From Mesorhizobium sp. (GTDB lineage: Bacteria; Pseudomonadota; Alphaproteobacteria; Rhizobiales; Rhizobiaceae), in contig SAKE01000006.1 in assembly GCA_004017275.1 (NCBI GenBank), forward strand, positions 146,662 to 210,661: a stretch of DNA of 64,000 bases, in the 5' to 3' direction. Below are positions 31,175 through 40,045 of this stretch, piece after piece (the stretch's first letter is position 1; every line of letters starts with the position of its first letter). A model generated the notes under the pieces. That model was not told where the DNA came from. It saw only the letters and a program-made list of their open reading frames with translations, and ran no database searches. A program made the translations under genes and the position numbers.

Positions 31175-32464
31175 ATGACGATGAGCAACCTTGCCTACGA
31201 CGCCCCGGTGGATGGCAGCGATACCTCGCAGCAGGACATCGCCGCGATGCAGGCGTTGCGGCCGATCCCGCGCATCTCGATCCAGGCATTCTGCGAGACC
31301 GAGGGCGTTGCGAATCCGGTCGAGCGGGCCGGCGAGGACCGCCGCATGGCGAAGGCACATCTCAAGGTCCATATGGGTGGCGTCCCCACCGCCATCGAAT
31401 TCTACCAATCGGCGCCGACGCCCAACCTGATCCTGCTGGAATCGCGAAGCGAGCCCAAGCAATTGCTGGAGCAACTCACCCAGCTCTCGGAATATTGCGA
31501 TCCGACTTCGAAGGTCGTGGTGATCGGCCATTACAACGATGTCGGCCTCTACCGCGAGCTCATCCGCAACGGCATCTCCGAATATGTGATCGCACCGGTG
31601 TCGATGGCTGATATCGTCAGCGTGGTATCGTCGATTTTCATCGATCCGGAAGCCGAGCCGCTCGGCCGCTCGATCGCCTTTGTCGGCGCCAAGGGTGGCG
31701 TCGGCTCCTCGACGATCGCCCATAATGTGGCTTGGGCGATGTCATCCCTGTTCAAATCCGAGGTGGTCGTCGCCGATCTCGATCTGGCTTTTGGCACGGC
31801 CAACATCAATTTCGACCAGGACCCGGCGCAAGGCATCGCCGAGGCGGTATTTTCGCCGGAGCGCATCGATGAAGTCTATCTTGACCGGCTGCTGACCCAG
31901 TGTGCCGAGCATTTGTCGCTGCTGGCAGCGCCTTCGACGCTTGAACGGGTCTATGACTTCGATCCCGAAGCCTTCGCCCAGCTCATCGACACCGCCCAGC
32001 GCAGCGTGCCCCTTCTGATCCTCGATGTTCCCCATGCCTGGACGGGCTGGACCAAGAACACCCTGGTCAAGGCAGACGAGGTCGTCATAACGGCGACACC
32101 GGAACTGGCCAATCTGCGCAACACCAAGAACCTCGTCGACATGCTCAAACGGCTTCGTCCCAACGACCCCCCGCCAAAGCTGATCATCAACCAGGCCGGC
32201 GTCCCAAAGCGCCCGGAGATTTCGCCATCCGATTTCGCCGAGCCGCTCGGCCTGTCGCCAATGTCGGTCATTGGTTTCGATCCATTGCTGTTCGGCAATG
32301 CCGCCAACAACGGACGCATGCTTGGCGAAATGGATGCCAAGAATCCGGTTGTCGCAATGATCAACGAAATCGCGCATGTGCTGACCGGGCGAAGTGAAAT
32401 CAAGGCCAAGAAGAAGGCTGGGCTCGGCAACCTGCTCAGCAAGCTCTCGCGCAACAAGAAGTGA
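31175..32464 (+). CDS. cpaE: Pilus localisation protein CpaE/TadZ
   Basis: Atypical receiver domain plus MinD/ParA-like domain with degenerate Walker A (GAKGGVGSST). Confidence 0.92.
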   Translation: MTMSNLAYDAPVDGSDTSQQDIAAMQALRPIPRISIQAFCETEGVANPVERAGEDRRMAKAHLKVHMGGVPTAIEFYQSAPTPNLILLESRSEPKQLLEQLTQLSEYCDPTSKVVVIGHYNDVGLYRELIRNGISEYVIAPVSMADIVSVVSSIFIDPEAEPLGRSIAFVGAKGGVGSSTIAHNVAWAMSSLFKSEVVVADLDLAFGTANINFDQDPAQGIAEAVFSPERIDEVYLDRLLTQCAEHLSLLAAPSTLERVYDFDPEAFAQLIDTAQRSVPLLILDVPHAWTGWTKNTLVKADEVVITATPELANLRNTKNLVDMLKRLRPNDPPPKLIINQAGVPKRPEISPSDFAEPLGLSPMSVIGFDPLLFGNAANNGRMLGEMDAKNPVVAMINEIAHVLTGRSEIKAKKKAGLGNLLSKLSRNKK

Positions 32465-32493
32465 CGCTTCAGCAGTGGAATCGGTAGTCGATC

Positions 32494-33996
32494 ATGTTTG
32501 GTAAAAGAGGCAGCGACGACGGCAACCGGTTCACGCCGGAATTTCGCCAGCCAGCACCGGCGCCTGTTGCGCCGCCGGCTGCAAGTTCTGTGGACACCGC
32601 GGTTCTGACCCGGCCTGCGGCCACGCCAAGCGCACCTGTCGCGCCGCCGGCGCGCCGTGCGGTCGAGGCTCCGCCATTGGCGCCCGAGCCGAAGCGGGCA
32701 CAGCGCGAAAAGAGCGAAACTTATTACGATACCAAGAGCCAGGTTTTCTCCGCGCTCATCGACACGATCGATCTGTCGCAGCTCGCCAAGCTTGATCCGG
32801 AAAGCGCACGCGAGGAAATCCGCGACATCGTCAACGACATCATCGCGATCAAGAATTTCGCGATGACGATCGCCGAGCAGGAAGAACTGCTCGAGGATAT
32901 CTGCAACGATGTGCTCGGCTATGGACCGCTCGAGCCGCTGCTCGCCCGCGACGACATCGCCGACATCATGGTCAACGGCTCCAAGAACGTCTACATCGAA
33001 GTCAACGGCAAGGTCGAACAGACCGGCATCCGCTTCCGTGACAACCAGCAGCTCCTCAACATCTGCCAGCGCATCGTCAGCCAGGTTGGCCGTCGTGTCG
33101 ACGAATCCAGCCCTATCTGCGACGCGCGCCTTCCCGACGGCTCCCGCGTCAACGTCATCGCGCCGCCGCTCTCCATCGACGGTGCCGCGCTCACCATCCG
33201 CAAATTCAAGAAGGACAAGCTGACGCTCGATCAGCTGGTCAAGTTCGGCGCCATCTCCCCGCAGGGCGCCGAAGTTCTCAAGATCATCAGCCGCGTTCGC
33301 TGCAACATCGTCATTTCGGGCGGTACCGGCTCGGGCAAGACGACGCTGCTCAACTGCCTGACCAACTATATCGACCGCGAGGAACGCGTCATCACCTGCG
33401 AGGACTCGGCCGAGCTGCAATTGCAGCAGCCGCATGTCGTGCGCCTCGAAACCCGCCCGCCCAATCTGGAGGGCGAGGGTGAGGTGACGATGCGCGACCT
33501 GGTCAAGAACTGCCTGCGTATGCGTCCCGAACGCATCATCGTCGGCGAAGTGCGCGGACCCGAAGTGTTCGACCTTCTGCAGGCGATGAACACCGGCCAT
33601 GACGGCTCGATGGGAACGATCCACTCGAACAGCCCGCGCGAATGCCTGAACCGTATCGAATCCATGATCGCCATGGGCGGTTATTCGCTGCCGCAGAAGA
33701 CGGTGCGCGAAATCGTCGTTGGCTCCATCGACGTGATCATCCAGGCGGCGCGCCTGCGCGATGGATCGCGTCGCATCACCCACATCACCGAGGTGATCGG
33801 GATGGAGGGCGACGTCATCATTACGCAGGATATCGTCCTCTATAACATCAAGGGCGAGGACGCCAATGGCAGGCTGCTGGGAGAGCATGTGTCGACCGGC
33901 ATCGGTCGACCGCACTTCTGGGACCGGGCCCGCTATTATGGCGAGGAACAACGTCTCGCCATTGCGCTGGAGGCGATGGAGAAACGCGCTGACTGA
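32494..33996 (+). CDS. cpaF: Pilus motor ATPase CpaF/TadA
   Basis: [38 protein letters not shown]. Confidence 0.97.
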   Translation: MFGKRGSDDGNRFTPEFRQPAPAPVAPPAASSVDTAVLTRPAATPSAPVAPPARRAVEAPPLAPEPKRAQREKSETYYDTKSQVFSALIDTIDLSQLAKLDPESAREEIRDIVNDIIAIKNFAMTIAEQEELLEDICNDVLGYGPLEPLLARDDIADIMVNGSKNVYIEVNGKVEQTGIRFRDNQQLLNICQRIVSQVGRRVDESSPICDARLPDGSRVNVIAPPLSIDGAALTIRKFKKDKLTLDQLVKFGAISPQGAEVLKIISRVRCNIVISGGTGSGKTTLLNCLTNYIDREERVITCEDSAELQLQQPHVVRLETRPPNLEGEGEVTMRDLVKNCLRMRPERIIVGEVRGPEVFDLLQAMNTGHDGSMGTIHSNSPRECLNRIESMIAMGGYSLPQKTVREIVVGSIDVIIQAARLRDGSRRITHITEVIGMEGDVIITQDIVLYNIKGEDANGRLLGEHVSTGIGRPHFWDRARYYGEEQRLAIALEAMEKRAD

Positions 33997-34025
33997 CGCA
34001 TCTTGGGGCGTAAGGGTTCGGGCCA

Positions 34026-35039
34026 ATGTTTGGAATTGACGGAACAGTACTGGCGTTTGTCGTGCTCGCCGGCTTCAGCGCCGGCGCCGTCGCCTATGCA
34101 TTTCTGTTCACCCGGATCAGCAACGAGAAACAGGTCGGCAAGCGGCTCGAAACGATCAGGACCGCCGAGACGGATCGCTCCGTCGTCAAGGCCTCGCGAG
34201 ACCGCGTGGCGGAAGCGGCCAAACGGCGCAAATCGGTTCAAGATTCGCTCAACGAACTCGACGCAAAGCAGAAAACCAAGGACAGCGCCGTCAAGAAACC
34301 GCCGCTGAAAGCCCAACTCCGCCAAGCCGGCCTGAAGACCACCGTCGAGCGCTTCTATATATATTCCGCCCTGTGCGGCCTCGTTTTGACGATGGCCGCC
34401 TTTATGGCCGGAGCGCCGATGTTCGCCTTGCCGGGCGCGCTGCTGGCCGGGGCGCTGGGCCTGCCGCGCTGGTTCGTCTCGTTTCGTCGCGCCCGCCGGG
34501 TCAAGGCATTCCTCAACGAATTTCCAAACGCGCTCGACATCATCGTGCGCGCTGTCAAATCCGGCCTGCCGTTGAACGACGCCGTGCGGCTGATCGCCAA
34601 CGAGTCGCCCGAACCCGTGAAGACCGAGTTTCGCCGCATCGTCGATTCACAGCAGATGGGCCTCTCGATCCCCGATGCGACCTTGCGCATGCCCGAAACC
34701 ATGCCTTGTACGGAAGCAAGCTTCTTCGGCATCGTCATCCAGATTCAGTCGCAGGCCGGCGGCAATCTTTCCGAGGCACTGGGCAATCTTTCGCGCGTGC
34801 TTCGCGATCGCAAGAAGATGAAAGCCAAGGTCCAGGCGCTATCGATGGAAGCGAAGGCGTCCGCCGCGATCATCGGTGCGCTACCCTTCATCGTCGCCTT
34901 TCTCGTCTACCTGTCGAGCCCGGCCTACCTGATGCCGCTTTTCAACACCAGTGTTGGAAATCTGATCCTTGGTTGCTCGGCGATCTGGATGTCGATCGGC
35001 ATCATGGTGATGCGCAAGATGATGAACTTCGATGTCTAG
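34026..35039 (+). CDS. tadB: TadB platform protein
   Basis: FPNALDIIVRAVKSGL, QAGGNLSEAL. Confidence 0.93.
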   Translation: MFGIDGTVLAFVVLAGFSAGAVAYAFLFTRISNEKQVGKRLETIRTAETDRSVVKASRDRVAEAAKRRKSVQDSLNELDAKQKTKDSAVKKPPLKAQLRQAGLKTTVERFYIYSALCGLVLTMAAFMAGAPMFALPGALLAGALGLPRWFVSFRRARRVKAFLNEFPNALDIIVRAVKSGLPLNDAVRLIANESPEPVKTEFRRIVDSQQMGLSIPDATLRMPETMPCTEASFFGIVIQIQSQAGGNLSEALGNLSRVLRDRKKMKAKVQALSMEAKASAAIIGALPFIVAFLVYLSSPAYLMPLFNTSVGNLILGCSAIWMSIGIMVMRKMMNFDV

Positions 35040-35048
35040 GATGCTGAC

Positions 35049-36071
35049 ATGACCGATCAAGTCATCAAATCCCTGACGGATCCGAGCTTCCTGATCGCGC
35101 TGCTGGTCGCAATAGCGGTGTTTGCGACCGTCTTCACCTTGCTGCCGGCGTTTGGCGGAAATCAGCTCAAGGCACGCATGAAAAGCGTTGCGCTGGAACG
35201 CGACGAATTGCGTTCCAAACAGCGCGCCCGGCTTGCCATCGAGGCAGATCGCCGTCGCAAGGGCCTGCGCGAGGAGCAGTCGGTTGGCATGCGCAATATT
35301 GTCGACCGGCTGGATCTGAGGCGCGCACTCGCCGATGAGGGCACGTTGCAGAAACTCAAAGTGGCCGGGTTTCGCGGACAGAACCCGCTGACGCGGTTTC
35401 TTTTCTTCCGCCTCGTGCTTCCTTTTGCCGGCTTCGCACTGGCCGCAATCTACATCTTCGTGCTCGGAGGATTGCCCGACAAGCCATTGATCATTAGGCT
35501 GTTCGTTTGCATCCTCGTTGCTTATGGCGGCTTCTACGCACCGGTCGTCTATGTCAACAACCGCGCCACCAAGCGCAAGCAGTCGATCCAGATGGCATGG
35601 CCGGATGCGCTCGATCTCATGTTGATCTGCGTCGAATCGGGCATGTCGGTGGAAGCCGCGCTGCGCAAGGTCGCTGACGAGATCGGCGCGCAATCGGTGG
35701 CGCTGGCGGAAGAATTCATCCTGACCAACGCCGAGCTTTCCTATCTGCAGGAGCGCAAGCAGGCCTACGAGAATCTGGCAAGCCGCACCGGCCTGGATTC
35801 GGTCAAGTCGGTGTCGCAGGCACTCGTCCAGGCAGAGCGTTACGGCACGCCGGTAGCGCATGCACTGCGCGTGCTTGCCGCCGAAAGCCGCGACATGCGC
35901 ATGAATGCGGCCGAGAAGAAGGCCGCCGCCTTGCCGCCAAAGCTCACCGTGCCGATGATCCTGTTTTTCCTACCGGTGCTTTTCGCCATCATTCTGGGTC
36001 CCGCCGGCATTCAGGTCAGCCAGCGCGGTATCTTCGGAGATCATTCGGCGCCGGCAACAAACACCCAGTAG
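35049..36071 (+). CDS. tadC: TadC platform protein
   Basis: PDALDLMLICVESG, QAERYGTP, KLTVPMILFFLP. Confidence 0.93.
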   Translation: MTDQVIKSLTDPSFLIALLVAIAVFATVFTLLPAFGGNQLKARMKSVALERDELRSKQRARLAIEADRRRKGLREEQSVGMRNIVDRLDLRRALADEGTLQKLKVAGFRGQNPLTRFLFFRLVLPFAGFALAAIYIFVLGGLPDKPLIIRLFVCILVAYGGFYAPVVYVNNRATKRKQSIQMAWPDALDLMLICVESGMSVEAALRKVADEIGAQSVALAEEFILTNAELSYLQERKQAYENLASRTGLDSVKSVSQALVQAERYGTPVAHALRVLAAESRDMRMNAAEKKAAALPPKLTVPMILFFLPVLFAIILGPAGIQVSQRGIFGDHSAPATNTQ

Positions 36072-36095
36072 CGGCGAGGCAAATTCCTTCATTCA

Positions 36096-36147
36096 ACCCC
36101 AAACGAAGAAGCCGCGCTGCATGCAGCGCGGCTTCTTCGTTTGGGGT
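36096..36147. terminator. Perfect 52-bp palindrome between convergent tadC and tadD (bidirectional terminator candidate)
   Basis: ACCCCAAACGAAGAAGCCGCGCTGCA|TGCAGCGCGGCTTCTTCGTTTGGGGT with no spacer. Confidence 0.75.
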
Positions 36148-36163
36148 GGTTGGGATTGTGGTC

Positions 36164-36985
36164 TCAGTTGGTCGCGGACTTCGGCTTGTCCTGATCCTTG
36201 AGCTGGCTCCAGGCATTCTGCTGGGCCAGCATTTGCCTGAGATAGGCGACATTTGCTTGCGCCTGTTCGGGCGAGAGTTCCTGCGAGGCGATCTTCTCGG
36301 CTTCGTCGAAACGGCCTTGCAGGCCGACGACCAGCGCCAGGTTCTGGCGGACCCGGCTGTCCGCATTCGGCTGCTGCGCGGCGGAGCGCATATAGGTTTC
36401 CGCGGTGCGCAGGTCACCTTCCAGCACATAGGACATGCCAAGATTGGAGAGCACGGAAGGCTCGTTCGGCCTGAGCTCGAGTGCCTTGCGGTAGAGCTGG
36501 CGCGCATCGTCCTTCTGACCGGTCTGGTCGAGAATGGCCGCTTCGGCCGACACCAGCTTCCAGTCGGGATATTCCGGCGTCTGAGCGCGGCGCACGGCGT
36601 CGAGGGCCGCCTCGAACTGGCCATTTGCGGCCAGCGCCTTGCCATAGGATGCAAGCACGTCACGATCCTTCGGCAGAGCGATCGCCAGCTTGCGCATCAC
36701 GGCCAGCGACTGGTCGGCGTCGCCGTCCATCTGCAGTGCCGCCGCATAATTTGTCGCTATCCGCTTGTCGTTGGGGTTCCTGGCGTAGGACTGGCCAAGT
36801 GCGCCGGTGGCATTGTGCAGTTCTCCCGCCGACATGGTTTCCAGCGGTTTGCCGCTGGTGCGCCCGATCGAGCCGGTGGAGATCTTGTCGGTTCCGCAAC
36901 CAGCGACGCCCGCTGCCAGCGCCAGCACAAGGGCCGTGGTGATGAGCCGTTTTCCCCTGGCATTGATCCTGCGGTTGGTCGGCAT
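36164..36985 (-). CDS. tadD: TPR lipoprotein TadD (pilotin)
   Basis: Lipobox GVAGC, TPR repeats, SNLGMSY, VRQNLALV; GTG at 36991 is an alternative start. Confidence 0.88.
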   Translation of the reverse strand: MPTNRRINARGKRLITTALVLALAAGVAGCGTDKISTGSIGRTSGKPLETMSAGELHNATGALGQSYARNPNDKRIATNYAAALQMDGDADQSLAVMRKLAIALPKDRDVLASYGKALAANGQFEAALDAVRRAQTPEYPDWKLVSAEAAILDQTGQKDDARQLYRKALELRPNEPSVLSNLGMSYVLEGDLRTAETYMRSAAQQPNADSRVRQNLALVVGLQGRFDEAEKIASQELSPEQAQANVAYLRQMLAQQNAWSQLKDQDKPKSATN

Positions 36986-37052
36986 CGGCACCTAAGCCTC
37001 CATTCATGCGCGGCCATTGCGTGGCCGTCTTCCCTCCCGCAGAAATATTCTG

Positions 37053-37073
37053 TTAACCCTAACGGACGGTTAA
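37053..37073. promoter_or_regulatory. CtrA-like box plus half site upstream of tadD
   Basis: Minus strand TTAA-ccgtccg-TTAG-gg-TTAAC. Confidence 0.5.
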
Positions 37074-37101
37074 GAACGGCGACTCACACGGAGAACAGCG
37101 A

Positions 37102-38466
37102 ATGCCTGTCGAACTCGTCGAGAAGAAACTGCCGGGCGCATTGCCGGTCCATCTGGTCGCCAGGGACGGTCTGGACGCAGCCGGTCTTGCGCCGGCCGCT
37201 GTCGCCTGGGCCAGAGCCAACGGCTTTTCCGGCGAGGCAGGCAGGACGCTGGTCGTGCCCGGCGAGAATGGAGCGCTCGGCGGCGCCTTATTCGGTATCG
37301 GCGATGGCGAAGGCGCGCTCGCCCTCGGCGCACTGTCGAAAGCCTTGCCGGAAGGCGACTGGCATTTCGCCTCGGCGCCGGTCGAACCCGAACTCGCGGC
37401 CTCCGCACTGGTGCTCGGCGGCTATGTCTTCACCCGTTACGGCAAAAAGTCAGGCAAGGCGCTGCGCTTCGAACTGCCGGCCGGCGCCGATGCCGGGCGT
37501 GTTCGCCGCATTGCCGATGGCGTCTTCCTGACCCGCGATCTGGTCAACACGCCGACCAGCGATATGGGGCCGGAAGACCTGGAGAAGGCGGTGCGGACCC
37601 TGGCCGTCAGGCACAAGGCCGAAGTCGCGGTGGTGAAGGGCGACGATCTCCTCGATCAGAACTTCCCGATGATCCATGCCGTCGGCCGCGCGTCGGCCGG
37701 CGCGCCGCGCCTGATCGACATGCGGTGGGGCCAGCAAGGCGCGCCGAAGGTGACGCTGGTCGGCAAGGGTGTCTGTTTCGATACTGGCGGCCTCGACATC
37801 AAGCCATCGTCCGGCATGCTGTTGATGAAGAAGGACATGGGCGGTGCCGCCAATGTGCTTGGTCTCGCCTCGATGATCATGGCTGCCGGCCTGAATTTGC
37901 GGTTGCGCGTGCTCATTCCCGCGGTCGAAAATTCGATTGCCGGCAACGCCTTCCGTCCAGGCGACGTGCTGACGAGCCGAAAGGGCATCACGGTCGAGAT
38001 CGGCAACACGGATGCAGAGGGACGGCTGGTGCTGGGCGATGCGCTGGCGCTGGCCGACGAGGAGGAGCCGCAGCTTCTGGTCGACATGGCGACGCTGACA
38101 GGGGCTGCGCGTGTCGCGCTTGGCCCCGACCTGCCGCCCTTCTATACCGGCGACGAAGCGCTGGCGTCCGAGCTGGCGGCGGCTTCCGTCGCCGCCGAGG
38201 ATCCGCTGTGGCGCATGCCGTTGTGGCGGCCCTACGATGCAAAATTGTCGTCGAAGATCGCCGACATCAACAACGTCACCACGGACGGTTTTGCTGGCTC
38301 GATCACGGCGGCACTGTTCCTCAAGCGCTTTGTCGAAAAGACCGTGGGCTGGGCGCATTTCGACATCTTCGCCTGGAACGCCGCCGACCGCCCGCATGGC
38401 CCCGCCGGCGGCGAGGCGCAAGGCATCCGCGCGCTGGAGCGGATCATCTCGAAACGCTACGGCTGA
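37102..38466 (+). CDS. M17 family leucyl aminopeptidase
   Basis: GKGVCFDTGG, MKKDMGGAA, NTDAEGRL. Confidence 0.93.
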   Translation: MPVELVEKKLPGALPVHLVARDGLDAAGLAPAAVAWARANGFSGEAGRTLVVPGENGALGGALFGIGDGEGALALGALSKALPEGDWHFASAPVEPELAASALVLGGYVFTRYGKKSGKALRFELPAGADAGRVRRIADGVFLTRDLVNTPTSDMGPEDLEKAVRTLAVRHKAEVAVVKGDDLLDQNFPMIHAVGRASAGAPRLIDMRWGQQGAPKVTLVGKGVCFDTGGLDIKPSSGMLLMKKDMGGAANVLGLASMIMAAGLNLRLRVLIPAVENSIAGNAFRPGDVLTSRKGITVEIGNTDAEGRLVLGDALALADEEEPQLLVDMATLTGAARVALGPDLPPFYTGDEALASELAAASVAAEDPLWRMPLWRPYDAKLSSKIADINNVTTDGFAGSITAALFLKRFVEKTVGWAHFDIFAWNAADRPHGPAGGEAQGIRALERIISKRYG

Positions 38467-38538
38467 CGGTTGCTGGCAGAGCCGGCAAATTGCTTTGACT
38501 GAAACGGAACCGAAACAATTTGCCGTCATGCTGCTCGG

Positions 38539-38889
38539 ATGTCGATTGCGATGCGCCCGAGCCAGGCCCTGCGACTGTGGCAGCAAGTGATGCTGTCGCA
38601 GGTGCGCGACGACGCACCCGATCTGACCATGCGCCAGACGGCGATCCTGTTCACCATCTATCTCGACCCGCCGCCGCACACCGTGCGCGGGCTGGCCGCG
38701 CGCCTCAATGTCACCAAGCCGGTGATCACCCGCGCGCTCGACACGATGGGCGCTCTGAAACTGGTGTCGCGTCACCGCGACGAACTCGACAAGCGCAATG
38801 TTCTGATCAGGCGCACCGTCGAGGGGGCGCTCTTTGTCGAGCGCTTCGGTGATGGTATCATTGCCAAGGCTCACGAACTGCCGATTTAG
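38539..38889 (+). CDS. MarR-type winged-helix regulator
   Basis: DLTMRQ, TVRGLAARLNVTKPVITRALD, DKRNV. Confidence 0.82.
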   Translation: MSIAMRPSQALRLWQQVMLSQVRDDAPDLTMRQTAILFTIYLDPPPHTVRGLAARLNVTKPVITRALDTMGALKLVSRHRDELDKRNVLIRRTVEGALFVERFGDGIIAKAHELPI

Positions 38890-38950
38890 AGCATGATCCC
38901 GAAAAGTGGGAACCGGTTTTCGGACAAGATCATGCGGAAACAAACAAAAG
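38887..38950 (+). repeat. Intergenic repeat, copy E
   Basis: TAG-AGCATGATCCCGAAAAGTGGGAACCGGTTTTCGGACAAGATCATGC..AAACAAAAG; starts at the MarR stop. Confidence 0.8.
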
Positions 38951-38963
38951 CCGAGTTGCCGAT

Positions 38964-39824
38964 TTGACTGCCAGGGATGCCCGCCTTCACGCTTTCCGTT
39001 CCGACCTTGCCGATGCACGGCTGAAGGGCGAGGTCGCCGCCGACCGCTTCGTCCCCGGTCGGCCGGCGCGGATCACCGCGCCCGTGGCTGATATGCGCAA
39101 GGCGCCGCGGCCGGATGCCGGCGTCAACACGCAACTTCTGTTCGGCGATGATGTCCTCGTCTTCGAGGTCGCTGAGGGCTGGGCATGGGTCCAGGCCGAA
39201 CGCGACGGCTATGTCGGCTATGTCGCCGACACGATGCTGGGCGGGCGGGACCTTGCGCCCACCCACATCGTCTGCGTGCCGCGCACCTTCCTCTACCCCG
39301 GGCCGGATCTGCGCTTTCCGATCGCCGGACAATTGTCGATGGGATCGACGGTGACGGTGACGGATGCTGCCGAAACGCGTGGCACGCACTATGCCGTCCT
39401 GCCACCCGGCGAGGCGATCATCGCGGGTCATCTGCGGCCGCTCAGTGAAGCAGCCTCCGACTATGTCGCGGTTGCCGAGACCTTTCTTGGAACGCCTTAT
39501 CTCTGGGGCGGTACTTCCGGCTTCGGCATCGACTGTTCGGGCCTGGTGCAACTGGCGATGCGCATGGCCGGCAGCGACGTGCTGCGCGATTCCGACATGC
39601 AGGCGGCGACGCTCGGCGAGCCGCTGGAGCCTGGACCTGACTTCTCAGGGTTGCGGCGCGGCGATCTTGTGTTCTGGAAGGGCCATGTCGCCGTCATGAC
39701 CGACGCCGACACCATGATCCACGCCAACGGCCACACCATGCTAGTGTCGCGCGAAGGGTTGAAGGACGCGGTTGATCGCATCGGCTACCTTTATGGCGGT
39801 CCGACAGGGTTTCGGCGGCCGTAG
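38964..39824 (+). CDS. SH3-NlpC/P60 (C40) peptidase without signal peptide
   Basis: GTPYLWGG, GIDCSGLV (Cys), KGHVA (His), IHA; N-terminal SH3-like regions; TTG start. Confidence 0.9.
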   Translation: MTARDARLHAFRSDLADARLKGEVAADRFVPGRPARITAPVADMRKAPRPDAGVNTQLLFGDDVLVFEVAEGWAWVQAERDGYVGYVADTMLGGRDLAPTHIVCVPRTFLYPGPDLRFPIAGQLSMGSTVTVTDAAETRGTHYAVLPPGEAIIAGHLRPLSEAASDYVAVAETFLGTPYLWGGTSGFGIDCSGLVQLAMRMAGSDVLRDSDMQAATLGEPLEPGPDFSGLRRGDLVFWKGHVAVMTDADTMIHANGHTMLVSREGLKDAVDRIGYLYGGPTGFRRP

Positions 39825-39830
39825 TGCAGT

Positions 39831-39985
39831 TTCTTCCTTCTCCCCCTGTGGGAGAAGGTGTCGCCGAAGGCGACGGATGAGGGGTGTTCCAGCGGAGTGA
39901 GACGTTGGTGTTCCCTGGAACACCCCTCATCCGTCTCGGCGCTGCGCGCCGATCCACCTTCTCCCACAGGGGGAGAAGGGAAGAA
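39831..39985. repeat. 155-bp nested inverted-repeat (REP-doublet-like) element
   Basis: Outer arms 39831-60 and 39955-85 (one indel); inner perfect 20-bp arms 39872-91 and 39916-35. Confidence 0.85.
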
Positions 39986-40045
39986 CGATCACCTTTTGTT
40001 CCGATTTTCCTTGGCGTTCGCGCGCCGTCGCGCTACCTCTGGCGG

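Noticed and set aside
31681-31712. Degenerate Walker A in CpaE as a sign of pseudogenisation
   Set aside because: This is normal for CpaE/TadZ proteins.
39884-40045. Repeat-encoded N-terminal extension of the Lhr helicase
   Set aside because: The open frame through the repeat is probably fortuitous; GTG 40046 gives a typical N-terminus.
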